Positions 1 through 13,826 of a stretch of DNA of 64,000 nucleotides are shown in pieces. Source of the stretch: Lineus longissimus (taxonomy: Eukaryota). Location: positions 434,001-498,000 of the forward strand of contig NC_088308.1 in the NCBI RefSeq assembly GCF_910592395.1, read 5' to 3'. The position numbers and the translations under genes are program-made. The notes beneath the pieces were generated by a model. That model saw only the letters and a program-made list of their open reading frames with translations, was not told the origin of the DNA and made no database searches. How positions within the stretch are numbered: position 1 is the stretch's first letter; each line of letters starts with the position of its first letter.

Positions 1-121
1 CAGTTGTTACAATAGAAGAACACTTTCCAGTTGTTACAATAGAAGAACACTTTCCAGTTGTTACAATAGAAGAACACTTTCCAGTTGTTACAATAGCAGA
101 ACACTTTCCAGTTGTTACAAT
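1..121. repeat. 27-bp minisatellite (CAGTTGTTACAATAGAAGAACACTTTC), about 4.5 copies, possibly cut by the window edge
   Basis: Near-perfect 27-bp period visible directly, with one substitution in copy 4. Confidence 0.95.
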
Positions 122-2501
122 CAATATCCGCTGTTCCCTGTTTAAAATCCTTTTATTTGTTTTTAAGTGAAGATCACATTACACCATGGAGTTGATGTAC
201 CTAGCACCGACATTGAATAGAAAATTATGACATGATGCCATTAAGAGCCAAGGATTTCCATTGAGGATGACTAGGAGCGCACGTGGTCGGAGCTCGCCTC
301 TCCCGACAACCGCTGACGTCGCTTTCTCCTTGCCCTGCCAGACGTCAGTTTTTCGTTTGAGTCGCTTCCGCGGTATCTGTAACAATCACCAGCGACTGCA
401 TTGCGAGTGAAAACATGACTCGATCTAACATTAATCACTGCAGTTGCATTCTCTGTTTGCATAATGGGACTCTTATCATTTCTATAAGACGGCAAAACTT
501 CTAAGGCATCCACTGCCTACATCCTTAACAAAGACGCAAAAATGTCACGACAAGAAAAGGTTATGTGGCACTATGATAACTTGAATAGTGTATTTTTGAG
601 TTCTGCTGATATAAATGGCATGAAAACACTGAAGCATGCAGCCTCTGAATGAGTGTCGCTGTGCATTGAGTGTCTAGAACATATTCTTTAAACTTTATTA
701 TTCTGCATCAGAACCAGCAAGTTCTTGCCTCACCGGTTAAGAGCAGTACATAGTCAAACAGGTTGAAACTGTTCTCTTTTTAAAGCGGCACCTCTGGACA
801 TTGATCGAGTTGCGTATTGATTGGGTAGGTGCTGATCATCTTTAATTCTGGCAGGATTCACTCAATGTATCCAAGAGACATGATATGCCTACTTTTAATT
901 TGCTTGATCCACAAAGGGCGTGGTCCTCCAAAGCATCCAAGGCATCCAAACTGGTGTTTTACAGCCTGAGAGCAGCGCTTTGTGATCAGCTCTGAACAGG
1001 TTTGGAGTAACAAAGACGACGATATTGCAAACGTTTTAACTGTTTCGTCTCTGACATTAAACTTGAAATACATAGTTCCTATTGAATCACACGATGTGAC
1101 CTACAACCCATGCTCTTCATAATTCCCCACTTCAATGACATTTCAGGCAAAAATTAACAGAATGCATGCAACTGCTTAACAAACATCGAGAAAACGGATC
1201 AATCGTCCAGGATTGCCTCAACCACATAAACATTTTGGGAAGGAGTTTTCTCGATGTCAAATTTGTTAATTAGTAGTAGTTAGAAAGTGTTTGGCATATT
1301 AATAAATCACGAATGTTAATAATGATTACCAATAGTGACACCTGCAAGTGTGTGGTAAATCAGACTGGGAGTCTTTGCAAGATTATTGCCTACTGGGTGA
1401 CAATCAAACTTGTCAAATCTATTCGCCGGTTTCATCTCATGGCCAACAATGATCATAGCACATCGAATCGTCACGTGCGAATGGAAATGTGCAGTAGACT
1501 GGCTTGGCGCCACTCTACGAATGTCAGCTCATTTCGTCAGCCTCGGCGGACTAATATGCAGTCTCACATAAAGGGACATGAGATGCTGATGGTAAGGTCG
1601 TCGAGACACGTCATGTTTACACCATGTCCTGGTTAGCAGGAGGAGACGCACAACATTTTATGAGTATCTAGTGTGAGACAGTGGTTATATGGAACCTTTT
1701 ATTATCTTACATCTAACAATAAACGGCTTCGTATATGCCATACCGGATGGAACGCAAGTCTGCTACCCTCCTTAGGCCTTTCCCAAAAATATCAATACAA
1801 GAGACAAATATGACAAAGATGACCAAGGTGAGGGTAGTAGGTAGTTTGTCGATTAGCTCCTTGCCTGTGCTAATGTCAACGCCACGCCACTTAGCTGCAA
1901 GTGGTAGGTGACTGATCGTATTTGATAAAGTTACGGGAACAAGCTGACTATGCCCTCGGGGAAAAGGTATTCGGCCGTGTCCTGGCTTACGTGGTCACCA
2001 GGGTACGAAGGAATCTGTGGCCATGGTGGTGGGATATTAAAAACCGCTCAATCCTGATCTTATCAAGGTTATTAATCATTGCTTCTGTTATCAGAAACTA
2101 ATACCAGCAATTACTGGCAGATTAAACTACTTAATACATGAACAAGGTCAACATGGTCAGGGACGTGAGAGACGGATGCTGGAATATTGATTAAGGCTAG
2201 CGTGGACATATTGGAGTACGCTAAGGCAGTTCATCATTCACTTGGCGACATTGGAGCCCATGACCTTGTCAGACTGTCAAGCTGGAGAGCTCGGTGATAA
2301 GCCTGGGTCAGGTTCAACATCATGCACGAGATATTCACCATCATCATCATCATCATAGCACAGCTTCATATCACTTCAGTGTTTTTCCCTGTTACAAAAT
2401 CTTGATTTTTAAATTTTTTTTCCGCGTGTCGACCTCAGCCAAAATGATCTTGATCTCTGCCAATATCGATGTTCTTCTTGCGGGTAGATAGTATACAGGT
2501 G

Positions 2502-2890
2502 TAAGGCGTCAGTGGACCAGAGATATTAAATATTCAGAAGACATTTTTCTTATCGAGTATATGACCTCGGATTATGTGTTTCTTTCAACTTTCGTTATAA
2601 TGCGTCATCGAATAACGTGTGGGCGGGCACACTTTGTAGCTGACACTGTTGCTAAATCGAAAAGATTTCAACCAAGAAGCAACCGACATATGTCTGTTTC
2701 GAAATTAGTCTGATAAAACATAGGGAGTTGTATTATGATAAAAAAGCTCCATTACTAAAAAGGTAATATCGGACATCTCCGGCTTGCCCACGCGTTCTTT
2801 TTCAATTAACTCATATTGTACATTGTATAAAAAGGTCGTGCTTCAGAAATCTGCTGAAGAAATATACACTCCACTGACAAGGCGACTTAA
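2502..2890. mobile_element. Degenerate MITE-like element with long imperfect inverted arms
   Basis: Left-arm motifs GTCAGTGGA, TTCAGAAGA, GACCT and AACGTGTGGGC recur as reverse complements, in mirror order, in the right arm (GCCCACGCGTT, AGGTC, TCTGCTGAA, TCCACTGAC). No clear TSD. Confidence 0.5.
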
Positions 2891-5800
2891 CAATGTAGAC
2901 AGTCATATCATTCATTATGGTTTATTCACTTCATTCTCGTAACCTTCACAGCATACTGCCCAAAGGCCAAATGACGCAAATCAAATTGAACTTTCTGATT
3001 TTCTGTGAAAAAAAGGTCAACAGGTGGGAAAAAAGCAATGTTATCTTTTGATCACATTGACTTTGATGTTGGGTGTCCTCCAACACCTTTCATATGAATA
3101 TCCCTTCAAAGACTAACAGTGATGTTGTTCAAGTATTGTTTAGATGTAATATGTTTTTCAAAGTGCAAATGACAGTTGATTTATAATGTTCCTATATCGT
3201 CACCCTCATAAAATAAATACCAAAGTCATTGTTTTACCAAATTGATATTTTCGCCTAAGTCAGCTCTTTACCACAAGAGTCACCTGTGGTAAAAGTGCTT
3301 AACTCTATGTCTCTTCTCCTAGTTTGTAGGAAGGTCAATGGAATAACTGCCTAAGTCAAGCTTGGGACCTACCTTATGACTAAATCAAACAAATGTGCCT
3401 TAGGCAGTTTTAAACTGAGCCACATGGCCACTCAAGAAACACTTCTCAATCAGAGCAGTTATTTCTTTGATTGGACACAAACTCTCAAGTGTTAAGTTGG
3501 AGAACTCTTTAAAAAAAGTTTTTAGCCTTTACTTTGTCATGTTTTTTATGACTTTCTTGCACCAGGTATACTAGATTGGCCAACATTAATATTGACCACA
3601 TGGTCCAGGAGGCTACATTCATGTTAGCAAAGAAGCAATGTCAGTAGGTTCACCATATGTACAGCATGGCTAGCAGTAAGCTCTTAACAAAGCTTCCCAT
3701 CAAGCTTCCAGCTTAAGTACTACTGGATAGTTCCCACTCCACTCCTCTTCACTATCTTATCGCACTAACTATTGGCTCGGAAGTGAAGCCTTGTTGTCAT
3801 CGGCGACGTGATGTGATAACGACCAGAACTAAGCGAATGTGATACTCAACAAGCACATATGGAGCAAGGCGAATCGATTGATCAACGCTGGCTCGGCATG
3901 CTTCGCGTTTGAATGATCTCCTTCATAGGACCAAATATAGCAAAGTTATAACTGTGCGCCACTAAAAGTACTGTTTTTTTTTTCAAGTAGTTGTAGTATG
4001 TTTAACTGGTTCATCAATATCAACAGGTTTTAGGCCCATTTATCTTCCTCTCATTAACTGCGAATTTCACTTCATGTAAGTACTAGATATTGATCGTATT
4101 GCGTTAGTGTGCACTTGTTGCCGAGCGCATCTCAAACATCGAATGACCAACGATTACCCCAGAGATATTCTCAGAGACTGATATACATATATGGGCAGGG
4201 ATCGTGATGTGTGGGTTTAGTTGCACTGTCAGATTCTAGGCGGCAGCGCGGGTAATGTTTACCAATCTGCGCAAGAAAGAGATGAGTCTGCAATATCAAC
4301 GTTATTGCTTTTGTGACAATCAACAACGTCGGTAGTGGCTTTCATCGAAGTGTACAATCACCAAGAGTGGCACTTCAGGAGCCTTTCCTCAGCTGAATGT
4401 AAATACTAATCTATGATGTTGATACAACTTGCAACGTCATGCGGAAGTTCTGTTGGACGACACATCGACGACAACGAGATATTTCCATCTTCGGATTTCC
4501 CATCTATTTGTATGTTTCTTGTTCATCGATCTAAATTTCATCAGATCCTCTGAATGATTGTATCATTATATTGTGTCTGCACATCTCGGCGCGAACTACA
4601 CCCATGACACGCATCAATTTACCAGAAACCGAGACGATGAGAATAACAATAGATATCGGTGGTTCTTTCACCACAGTTTGATGAGATTTTTGAATCTGAA
4701 ATGTATTAGGTTGGGTAGGAAAAATATATTGTCCTTGGATTGTGAATGTTTCAGTCAGCTAGGCATAGGCTACTCGATTCTGAGGCTTGCTTTAACGTTG
4801 CCCCATACAGGCACAATCCGCGGAAGTCAAACTCATATCGAGTTGACATCCGCGTATTTCACCACGAGTTTACAATAATTCCTCCATCACCGGCCAGTGA
4901 AGGTGATTCCAACCAAGAACCTCCATGTTTCGGTTGTGAGAACAATATGAGCTGAACAATGGTGTTAAGGATCAGTACCACGCGGAAATCATATAAAGGT
5001 CCCATCCTTGCTTAAATTCAGTGAATGTTCGTCAGCGGACCTGCGGGAAACGATAAATTCTAACCTTATCGGTGCGGCCAGGGTGTTATCCGTGCCTTTC
5101 TATGACGAGACCATCGATTTATCTGTAAATGAAGCCACCTGCACTCACAATACAGTATCAGTTTGAATTAGAATTACACACGCGTGTACCTTAAGATGTA
5201 GTGTCATCGACTTGATATTCTTATCGATGTCTTCATATCGATCTTATCGAGGTTGGCAATCAGTTTCCCCAAAATCGGAATAAATAGGTTTAAGCGATAG
5301 TAGAATAGTTATATTCCGAAGACGACCCTCGAAAATCGACTACGCTCCTTGTCACAAGAAACTGCAATAATGTTACGGGCAGTTGGGCGCTACCTCGTTA
5401 GTTAATTGGAAGTTAACATTACGCCATTTTTCACTAACGATGGTTCTTCAAGATATCATGACGAAAGTTGCTCATTGAAAAGGTCAGCCAGGAGAATTTA
5501 ATGACAAACAACGTATTTGTTAAATAGATGCAACGGCTACACCTAATTTGTTTTTATATCCATGAGCCTGTATGTGCTTCTTAGTTCATTGCGTATATCA
5601 TAGATTTCAGAATCTGGTTTTGAGGGCGACTCTGTCTTTGGTACATTTGGTCTTATCTCACCAAACGCTCTGGGAACTTTGGTGGTTTTAAACCTTTATA
5701 TGTTGTCACGAATCATCCCAGAATTCACCAAAGAAAACAGAGAGCAGATCGGTTATCATTACGTAGATGATGCGAGCGAAATTTTGCAATCATGTTTGGA

Positions 5801-6695
5801 CAAAGCGATAGACCGAGTATGCCTGGCGCAATAGCAAATGCACCAAAAAATGTGGTCAAAAATATCAAAAATCTCATCCTGTCTCTGTGCGGAATACCTT
5901 TTTATGGCTTTGCAATCGTCCATTTGAGGGCAATGAATCAACCATAAAGCCGATAAGGCCGAGATAATGATAGTGATGGCAGCTATTTTTTGTTTAGTAA
6001 TTGCATGAGTTAATAAGCTTGACCCTCCATGGCATTAGGTTAATATTCTATCTGCGTCACTGTGATCTGCACCAGAAGGTTTCACTGGATTAACCTTTCT
6101 CGTAACGCTGCTTGGTTAAGTGATAAGGAGAGCAAAACGGAGTGGGGGATTAGGTAACAAACAACAGCTGTAGGACGCTTACTGCTGTCAAGGCTTGAGA
6201 ATGACAATTCATGTTCCATCGTAAACCTGTGTCTTTATTACTTTAGAAACATGTGCACACTTTTATGTACACGTAACTAAATAAGATCGTAACTAAAATT
6301 TTACAAGAATCTTGTCTGGATAGGCTGAGGTATACATACACTTGGAAAGATTCGGATCAAATGAAATATTAACATGTCCTAACATTATAAGTCGACAATG
6401 GGTTACCAGCGGCTTCGTTGTGCTGTCAGTCTCTTGCAATGCATTGTAGGGCAGAAACGTGTCGTCATCATTGTTTACATTATTGAGTTCGACAACATTT
6501 TGAGGCATCCACTTGTAAAGATCTGCGCCACCTTTAGGTATCCTACCATCCAAATGCTTGAGATCAAGCTGAGGTACTGACTTTGACAGCAAGGATGTTC
6601 CGTGCCAAAATTAAGTGACAGAGAGGCCCAATTCATTTGGCACTGATGAGATTTCAGTTCATGATTCTAATTTTAAAAACAATTAATAAATTGGC

Positions 6696-8556
6696 GGGTG
6701 TCTATAAACCGAAGATCGAAGACCGAAGATCGAAGATAGAAGACCCACCCAAAACTATAAAACGAAGATCCCCCAACTATAAAAGGAAGACCCTAATGTC
6801 AACTATAAAACGAAGATCCCCCCATCTATAAAAGGAAGACCCTAATGTCAACTATAAAACGAAGATCCCCCCATCTATAAAAGGAAGACCCTAATGTCAA
6901 CTATAAAACGAAGATCCCCCCAACTATAAAAGGAAGACCCTGATGTCAACTATAAAACGAAGATCCCCCCAACTATAAAAGGAAGACCCTGATGTCAACT
7001 ATAAAACGAAGATCCCCCCAACTATAAAAGGAAGACCCTAATGTCAACTATAAAACGAAGATCCCCCCCCCATCTATAAAAGGAAGACCCTAATGTCAAC
7101 TATAAAACGAAGATCCCCCATCTATAAAAGGAAGACCCTAATGTCAACTATAAAACGAAGATCCCCCCATCTATAAAAGGAAGACCCTAATGTCAACTAT
7201 AAAACGAAGATCCCCCCATCTATAAAAGGAAGACCCTAATGTCAACTATAAAACGAAGATCCCCCCATCTATAAAAGGAAGACCCTGATGGTTTTCATTC
7301 TCATGTTCAGTTACTGCACAGTTTGTTTTCATTTTCGGTCCATGCTACATTAATGATTTGAGAAAGTAAGTGTACCGCGTACTACACCAGTCGTGTCTAG
7401 CCTTAGCAGCTTAGTGGCACAGTTTACATAAGGCGGGGAGCCCCGTACCTGTTACCATGCAGCCGTGCTCCAATATGACCTAGTTTCTCACTGTACTCAT
7501 CATAGCCAGCCCTCAGCTTCGTCCAGAAGCTGTTTCTATGTGCATGTGTGTGTATCGTCATAGGCTCCCAGCAGGTTAGTTGATCACACGGCCAATATGG
7601 AATTGGTCCTACATACAGAAAAACAATCCAAACGTGCACGTGCAGGCGATGTCTACATGGCACTTGCCTGCTAGTTTTCATTGACATTGATTTTCAGGAT
7701 TCCCTTTATCAGTTTTCAAACATGGCTTTTAAATTACCAAAATTAACAGTTTCAATGTTTCCCTGCTCTGGGTGACTTGGTAATTTAGAATCTCGTCCCC
7801 AGGGGTTAGGCTCCACCATCATGGGTCGAGACTGGCAGGTCGGTCGCCAACTCAAATGCAGTGTTAGGAAAATCCGGAATTTACCTGAATGATCTGATCT
7901 CCTATGTCACTACGCCGCACTCAGGCTAGCTTGCTTGTTGAAATACAGATGCTCAGTCACGTGTTATGACGTGCAAGTCTGCAGTAACTGAACTTGAGGG
8001 TCTAAAACCACCAGGGTCTTCCTTTTATAGATGGGGGGATCTTCGTTTTATAGTTGACATTAGGGTCTTCCTTTTATAGATGGGGGGGATCTTCGTTTTA
8101 TAGTTGACATTAGGGTCTTCCTTTTATAGATGGGGATCTTCGTTTTATAGTTGACATTAGGGTCTTCCTTTTATAGATGGGGGGATCTTCGTTTTATAGT
8201 TGACATTAGGGTCTTCCTTTTATAGATGGGGGATCTTCGTTTTATAGTTGACATTAGGGTCTTCCTTTTATAGATGGGGGGATCTTCGTTTTATAGTTGA
8301 CATTAGGGTCTTCCTTTTATAGTTGGGGGGATCTTCGTTTTATAGTTGACATTAGGGTCTTCCTTTTATAGATGGGGGATCTTCGTTTTATAGTTGACAT
8401 CAGGGTCTTCCTTTTATAGTTGGGGGATCTTCGTTTTATAGTTGACATCAGGGTCTTCCTTTTATAGTTGGGGGGATCTTCGTTTTATAGTTTTGGGGGG
8501 GTCTTCCATCTTCGATCTTCGGTCTTCGGTCTTTGGTCTTCGGTTTATAGACACCC
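6696..8556. mobile_element. Non-autonomous Foldback-type (MULE-like) DNA transposon, 1861 bp, with modular terminal inverted repeats of about 600 bp
   Basis: Termini GGGTGTCTATAAACCGAAGA and TCTTCGGTTTATAGACACCC. Perfect 10-bp TSD ATAAATTGGC at 6686-6695 and 8557-8566. Arms are built of ~49-bp subrepeats (11 left, 10 right). Unique loop at about 7320-7979 with no transposase ORF. Confidence 0.93.
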
Positions 8557-11500
8557 ATAAATTGGCTTCGTAATTTTTGCAATCAATTGTTGGAGGATGA
8601 ACAGAACGTCAAGGGCATTGCTGCTAAATACATCATCGCTGCCAGTAAAGTTCAATATTCTAGTAGTAAAGTTATAGCATTAGACGTGACATTTCTTTCG
8701 AAAAATGTTCTTTGATGTTTTTCATTCGTATTTTATTTGGTTTATGAACTCAGTGCCCTCCATGACGTTCCTTCAAATTTTCTTCCGACAATGTTTAAGC
8801 TACAGTTGAGAAAACGAGCGGAAACTGCTCTGCCGGCAGCATTATCAGGCTTCAGAGCACAGTAAAGGAAAGAAAGCTAAACGTAGTTTGCGAAAACACC
8901 ACTCGGCATGCGACAACTACGTATGACGAACACACGAACCTCCAAAGAGCGGCGTCGTCTTCATCTATTTTCAATCACATTAGACTCTACTGCTAATTGA
9001 CGAGAGGGTCGATCTCGAGAGCAACATTTAGCAAATCGATACGAGGGTATTCAAACGTACAACTACCATCTTCGTGATCTTAGGATACCAGTCATTATCA
9101 AAATAATCAGCCATTGTGTCCGTAAACCATCTACTGAAGTTCACAACGTCTTAAAAATAGCAACATCATGCCAAAGGCACATTAAACAGTTAATAGACGA
9201 TAAGGACCAAAACTCAAAATCCCACAAAGTGCGCGTTCAACCGTTTTACAAAACGCCCAGGTAAAACTCATATCACTTCAAAGCTCACTCCCTCAAATTG
9301 ACGAACAAATGGCGCAAGAATGAAAAAACATTTGCCCTTTGAGAGACTTTGCTGCCGAGTAGGCGTCCCAATCTAATCCCAGTTGACGGATATCCGGGAA
9401 AACAACAAGCTGGTTCTATGGCTTTATAATGCGTAACAAGGTTCGGTTTGGTACCGTACATACGGCCATTTATTACATAATGTCACTCCACAACCAGGGT
9501 CTCGAGGACATCCTCTCTTGTCAATGTACTAATGTACTGTGACTTCCTATTCATGACACTCAAACAGACATATTTATTGATACTTAGTGCCGTAGGAAAC
9601 ACTGTCAATTAACAAATCATCTGAATATCACACTGGAAAGCGACGATCGAAGCAGATCTGATCTATCCACAGAAACCTGCGAGAAGTTAGTTTCCTTCAG
9701 GGAGTTCAATCTTGTCTGTGAAAGAGAAGCTCGTCTGCTCCTTGCAGGCTAATCTAACTAAATCATTTAGAAGGAAAAAGAAACCTACCGTGCCTGGGGA
9801 GAAAGTACAATATGCACTTTAAGAGCAAGTGGCGTATAACCGATTGGCCAAAACATACGGCAAACGACGTTTGTTTGGTGATAAAGCACGTAACGCGAAT
9901 GACAAGTTGTGATGTCTAGGGTAAGCTCCGGGCAATGGAAATAACCGAACTGTCCTATTGGAAAAGGCAAGGGTAGGATGCCTTACAGGAAAACAAAACC
10001 AGCTTCTTTCTGCTCTGCATCAGGGTTAACACTGCATAATATGCCGCTATAATGTAACTTGGAGCCGTTATTCAATAAGGGATTATTTGAATTGCTACCT
10101 GGGAACACGCAAGTTAAGGCACTTATTGGGTTAAGGATGTCGTGAAAATCAGTTATTGAAAAGTCACAACCATTTGCAAGATTGCATTTTTTCAGCACCT
10201 TGTCTCTACCAGTTCTCATCAGATTACAGTTTTTTTCGCCTTCATCTGCGTTCCTTTGCCACTGACATTATTTGGCCTCTTGAGTCCTCTTGCCCTCTCA
10301 TGTTACCAATAGAATTCCGATCTGAGATGTTTGCTTGGCTTCTTCTTTCTTCGGGAGTGATTTTTTCTTTTATCATGTTGAGGTTAGGAAAGGAATCACA
10401 GGCAGGCGGTTAAGGAAAACCTGTAAGTTAAATAGACAGCCAGTTTGGCTCAAACCATAATATAGTCAGAAAATCATCTCGGCAACCTTATTTGATATTT
10501 AGAGTGAAAAACCCCAGATGCCATGGCAAAATAACGACGAAACAAGATTAAACTTAAGGCTCCGTTGGCGGCATCTCATAAACTGTCAATCAATGCACAC
10601 ATCACTGCTTTATAATGCGCCTAGAGTGAAATGCATCATCTTCTACTAAGAGCTGAGATTCTTCTGACGTATTTAGGGTATGCAATGGATTATACACGCA
10701 ACCATGTTGACCCCTTTCACAACGTCATTCACAAGGATGGCAACTTAAGAAGTCAATAACCTGACCTATTGGCTAGGCGAAGTATATGATGCGCTAAGTT
10801 GATTTTCCAAAATCGATCTGAAACAAATTTCACTGGGTTATACGATGCATCTGAAATTTAATAATTTTATTCAGAGCTGGTCCATCGATTTCTAACCTAA
10901 GCTTTAAGGCCATGGAGAATTTCATTACTTCTCTGGAATGTGATGTCGACAATTCTATTTCGAGGCCTGCTGATAGTTTGTGATGTGTTTGCCTGTTACA
11001 GTCGCTGGCTGCGATGATGTTCTTGCATGAGCAGATGATCAAAGTTGCGCATGCAGCGATCATTCTTATTCAAAGAATTCATCTACAAGAAAGCAGGAGG
11101 ACATGGGTCACCAATCAAGTGCCATCAATAGGATTTTTGAAAATCGTTTGGTCAAACCACATGACAAAGAAACTTCCCCAGGTACTACACTTTTTCCAAT
11201 GTTTCCTATTAAACACGACAAGTTTGTTTCTTCTGGCGAACAAATGGTTCTTGACGAGTACTGGACACGACTGTTTCAGATTAAGAGCATTACTCTTGTG
11301 GCTGAAATCGGAGAGGCAATGTCAATATACTGCCGTGAAAATTCCTGGCCATAGAGCTTGATGGCGTATTGGTTAAGGCGTCAAGCGTCGTTGGCCCGAT
11401 GCCCGGTCTTGTCGCCACTTTGTCCTTCACTGGTCAACGTCAGGTGCATATGCTGTATGAGCACCTTGAAACCTCAGAGTGCCCCTTTAGAGACCTTTAA

Positions 11501-12970
11501 TCTTGTCACTTGTCGTAGCAACCATGGTCAGTACGCTATAAAGCATTTTTTATAAAGCAACATATTTTTCAAGTCTGCTCATTGTAACAATATTTTCAAG
11601 TCATGGACAGTAGCAAGAGATGACTGATGATTCATCACAAATCACGTATTTGGCCTAAGGTATTGTCTTGTTAATTCACTATCAGAATATATATTTATCA
11701 AACATAGCGCCGCGCTTCAGACTCTGCCCCGCAGCGAAACTGAAATTAACTTCCCGACGCATCACACTCCAAGTAATGAGCATAGATAATATATGTTGGT
11801 AATTTATTGTGGGCTTAAGATGCCCAACTATACCTACCTCCAGGATCGTTTCAGGGCGTGCCTTAAAGATTGTTCGCAGAAGTCAAAAGAAACATTCAAA
11901 TGGGTTTCTTCGGTTTTCATTCTTTCCCAAGACAGAAATCTTTTTAGTTAACATCTTGTTCAGTTTCGTATCCATGTAAGGTCATATGTACATTCTTACA
12001 AAACTGAACTCCGCAACCATGAAGTCTCCTCACTGGACCCAACACCTCGCCCGCAATTTGTAGTTTGACAACCACAGTAGCAATCTGGTAAGATCAATTT
12101 ATACTTTTACTTACTGATGAAATTTGCCTGATGAGTGTTCTTATACTGTTCGACACATACCTATTAGCCGAACACCCGACAGACACCTAGACTCGGAAAT
12201 TGCACCTTACAATATCAAATTAGCCAGAAAGTATGTTGATAAGAAAGAGCGGAAATTCGATATAGAAGATTTAAGGAGCAGATCGGCAAGATGACGTTGT
12301 CGTTGCTCAAGCTGGAGGCGCACCTCCCTACATCATTCTTGCCTCTTGAAAGAACGACGACAACAGAATGGAAGACATCAGGCATGTCCTGTTTTCGTTT
12401 TCGTCGAGATGCTTTTCTATGCCACCATACTTTGAACAAAACTTTTCCCACACATTTCCATGCTTCTTTCACAATCGTACACCTCCGTTCGAGCTGCTTA
12501 CTGTACTTCTGTACGGATGGTAAAAAGGTGCATTTATCCCTTAGTCGTTATTCTGACGATTACATGTCATGTCAATGTTCATGCGCCAGTAAGCCCTGGT
12601 CGCACTAGCGAGAGAAAACTGGTGCATCTGCCTTGTAATTTGCTGTGTGGAGTCGGAACATCCGCTCAACGAGAGCGAATCTGACCTGTCTGATGAATGC
12701 GGAGATATTAGCATTGGATAATAGAAACGATTTTCTTTTCCACAGGACCAACAGAAACTAATAAAATCAGCATGCCAGTACATTGTAAAGGTACATGACG
12801 TCATTTTTTCTTCCGACAATCTTCGGTATTACTTACATTTCCATGTGACAATCGCAACAACCCAAGAGTCTAACCTTTTATAATATCAAGGCACTAGCAA
12901 TTTTCTGTATATTCCAAGTTGTCGTAACCAAATAAAACAGCTCCATGTACAAAAACCCTTTCTCTTATCC

Positions 12971-13291
12971 CCTGTATGTTCTAATATGTCACAACCATAA
13001 CAACTCAAGGCACTTCACCTGTATGTTCTAATATGTCACAACCATAACAACTCAAGGCACTTCACCTGTATGTTCTAATATGTCACAACCATAACAACTC
13101 AAGGCACTTCACCTGTATGTTCTAATATGTCACAACCATAACAACTCAAGGTACTTCACCTGTATGTTCTAATATGTCACAACCATAACAACCCAAGGCA
13201 CTTCACCTGTATGTTCTAATATGTCACAACCATAACAACTCAAGGCACTTCACCTGTATGTTCTAATATGTCACAACCATAACAACTCAAG
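12971..13291. repeat. 47-bp minisatellite, about 6.8 copies
   Basis: Unit CCTGTATGTTCTAATATGTCACAACCATAACAACTCAAGGCACTTCA starts at 12971, 13018 and so on. A degenerate copy lies near 12843-12886. Confidence 0.95.
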
Positions 13292-13482
13292 AGTTTTAAC
13301 CATTAATATTGACTGCAAACAGACGGACCATTCACCCACGGGTATCAATACAAACACATGGGAATTACCAGTATTTACGCAGCCCTACAGATATTGGACA
13401 TTGTAAATTACTTTCAGTCGCTAGGAGTGACGAGTACTAGAATACCAGTATTGTAGCGACTGGTATTGCATGTTAGTTGTGA

Positions 13483-13826
13483 GGCTGGAACTAACAATTC
13501 GAGTTGTTTATTGTAGCGACTGGAATGGCATGTTAGTCAAGGATGCCCCCTATCTCTTCACACCAACCACGACCCCCCCCCCGATCTCATTTTTTCCGCC
13601 ACGAACAAATAGAATAAACTAGGGTGTATTTTTTCGATTTTGTTTTAGGCTGGCACTAAAAATCCTAGTTGTTTATTGTAGCGACTGGCATGGCAATGAG
13701 CCCTGCCTCACACCAACTAAGACCCCCACTGGATCTCGATTTATCCCGCCATGGTAATTTTATAACGAACAAATAGGGCAAACTATAGGGTGGATCCGGA
13801 GAAAGGCTGGGACTAAAAATCCGAGT
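13483..13826. repeat. Degenerate ~160-bp tandem repeat (two copies plus the start of a third)
   Basis: Motifs GGCTGGnACTAAnAAT, TTGTTTATTGTAGCGACTGG, CACACCAAC, GATCTC and ACGAACAAATAG recur in the same order. Confidence 0.7.

Noticed and set aside
271..378. Possible last exon of the receptor (..RYRGSDSNEKLTSGRARRKRRQRLSGEASSDHVRS*) after ttacag
   Set aside because: It is plausible as a basic, Ser-rich tail, but the required TM6-TM7 exons were not found between it and exon 1, and the acceptor is weak.
6754..8492. CRISPR-like appearance of the short repeat arrays (also at 1-121 and 12971-13291)
   Set aside because: The repeats are contiguous with no unique spacers, there are no cas genes, and the context is eukaryotic.
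11353..11400. tRNA or SINE head (TGGCGTATTGGTTAAGGCG)
   Set aside because: Only an A-box-like motif is present, with no B box or cloverleaf.
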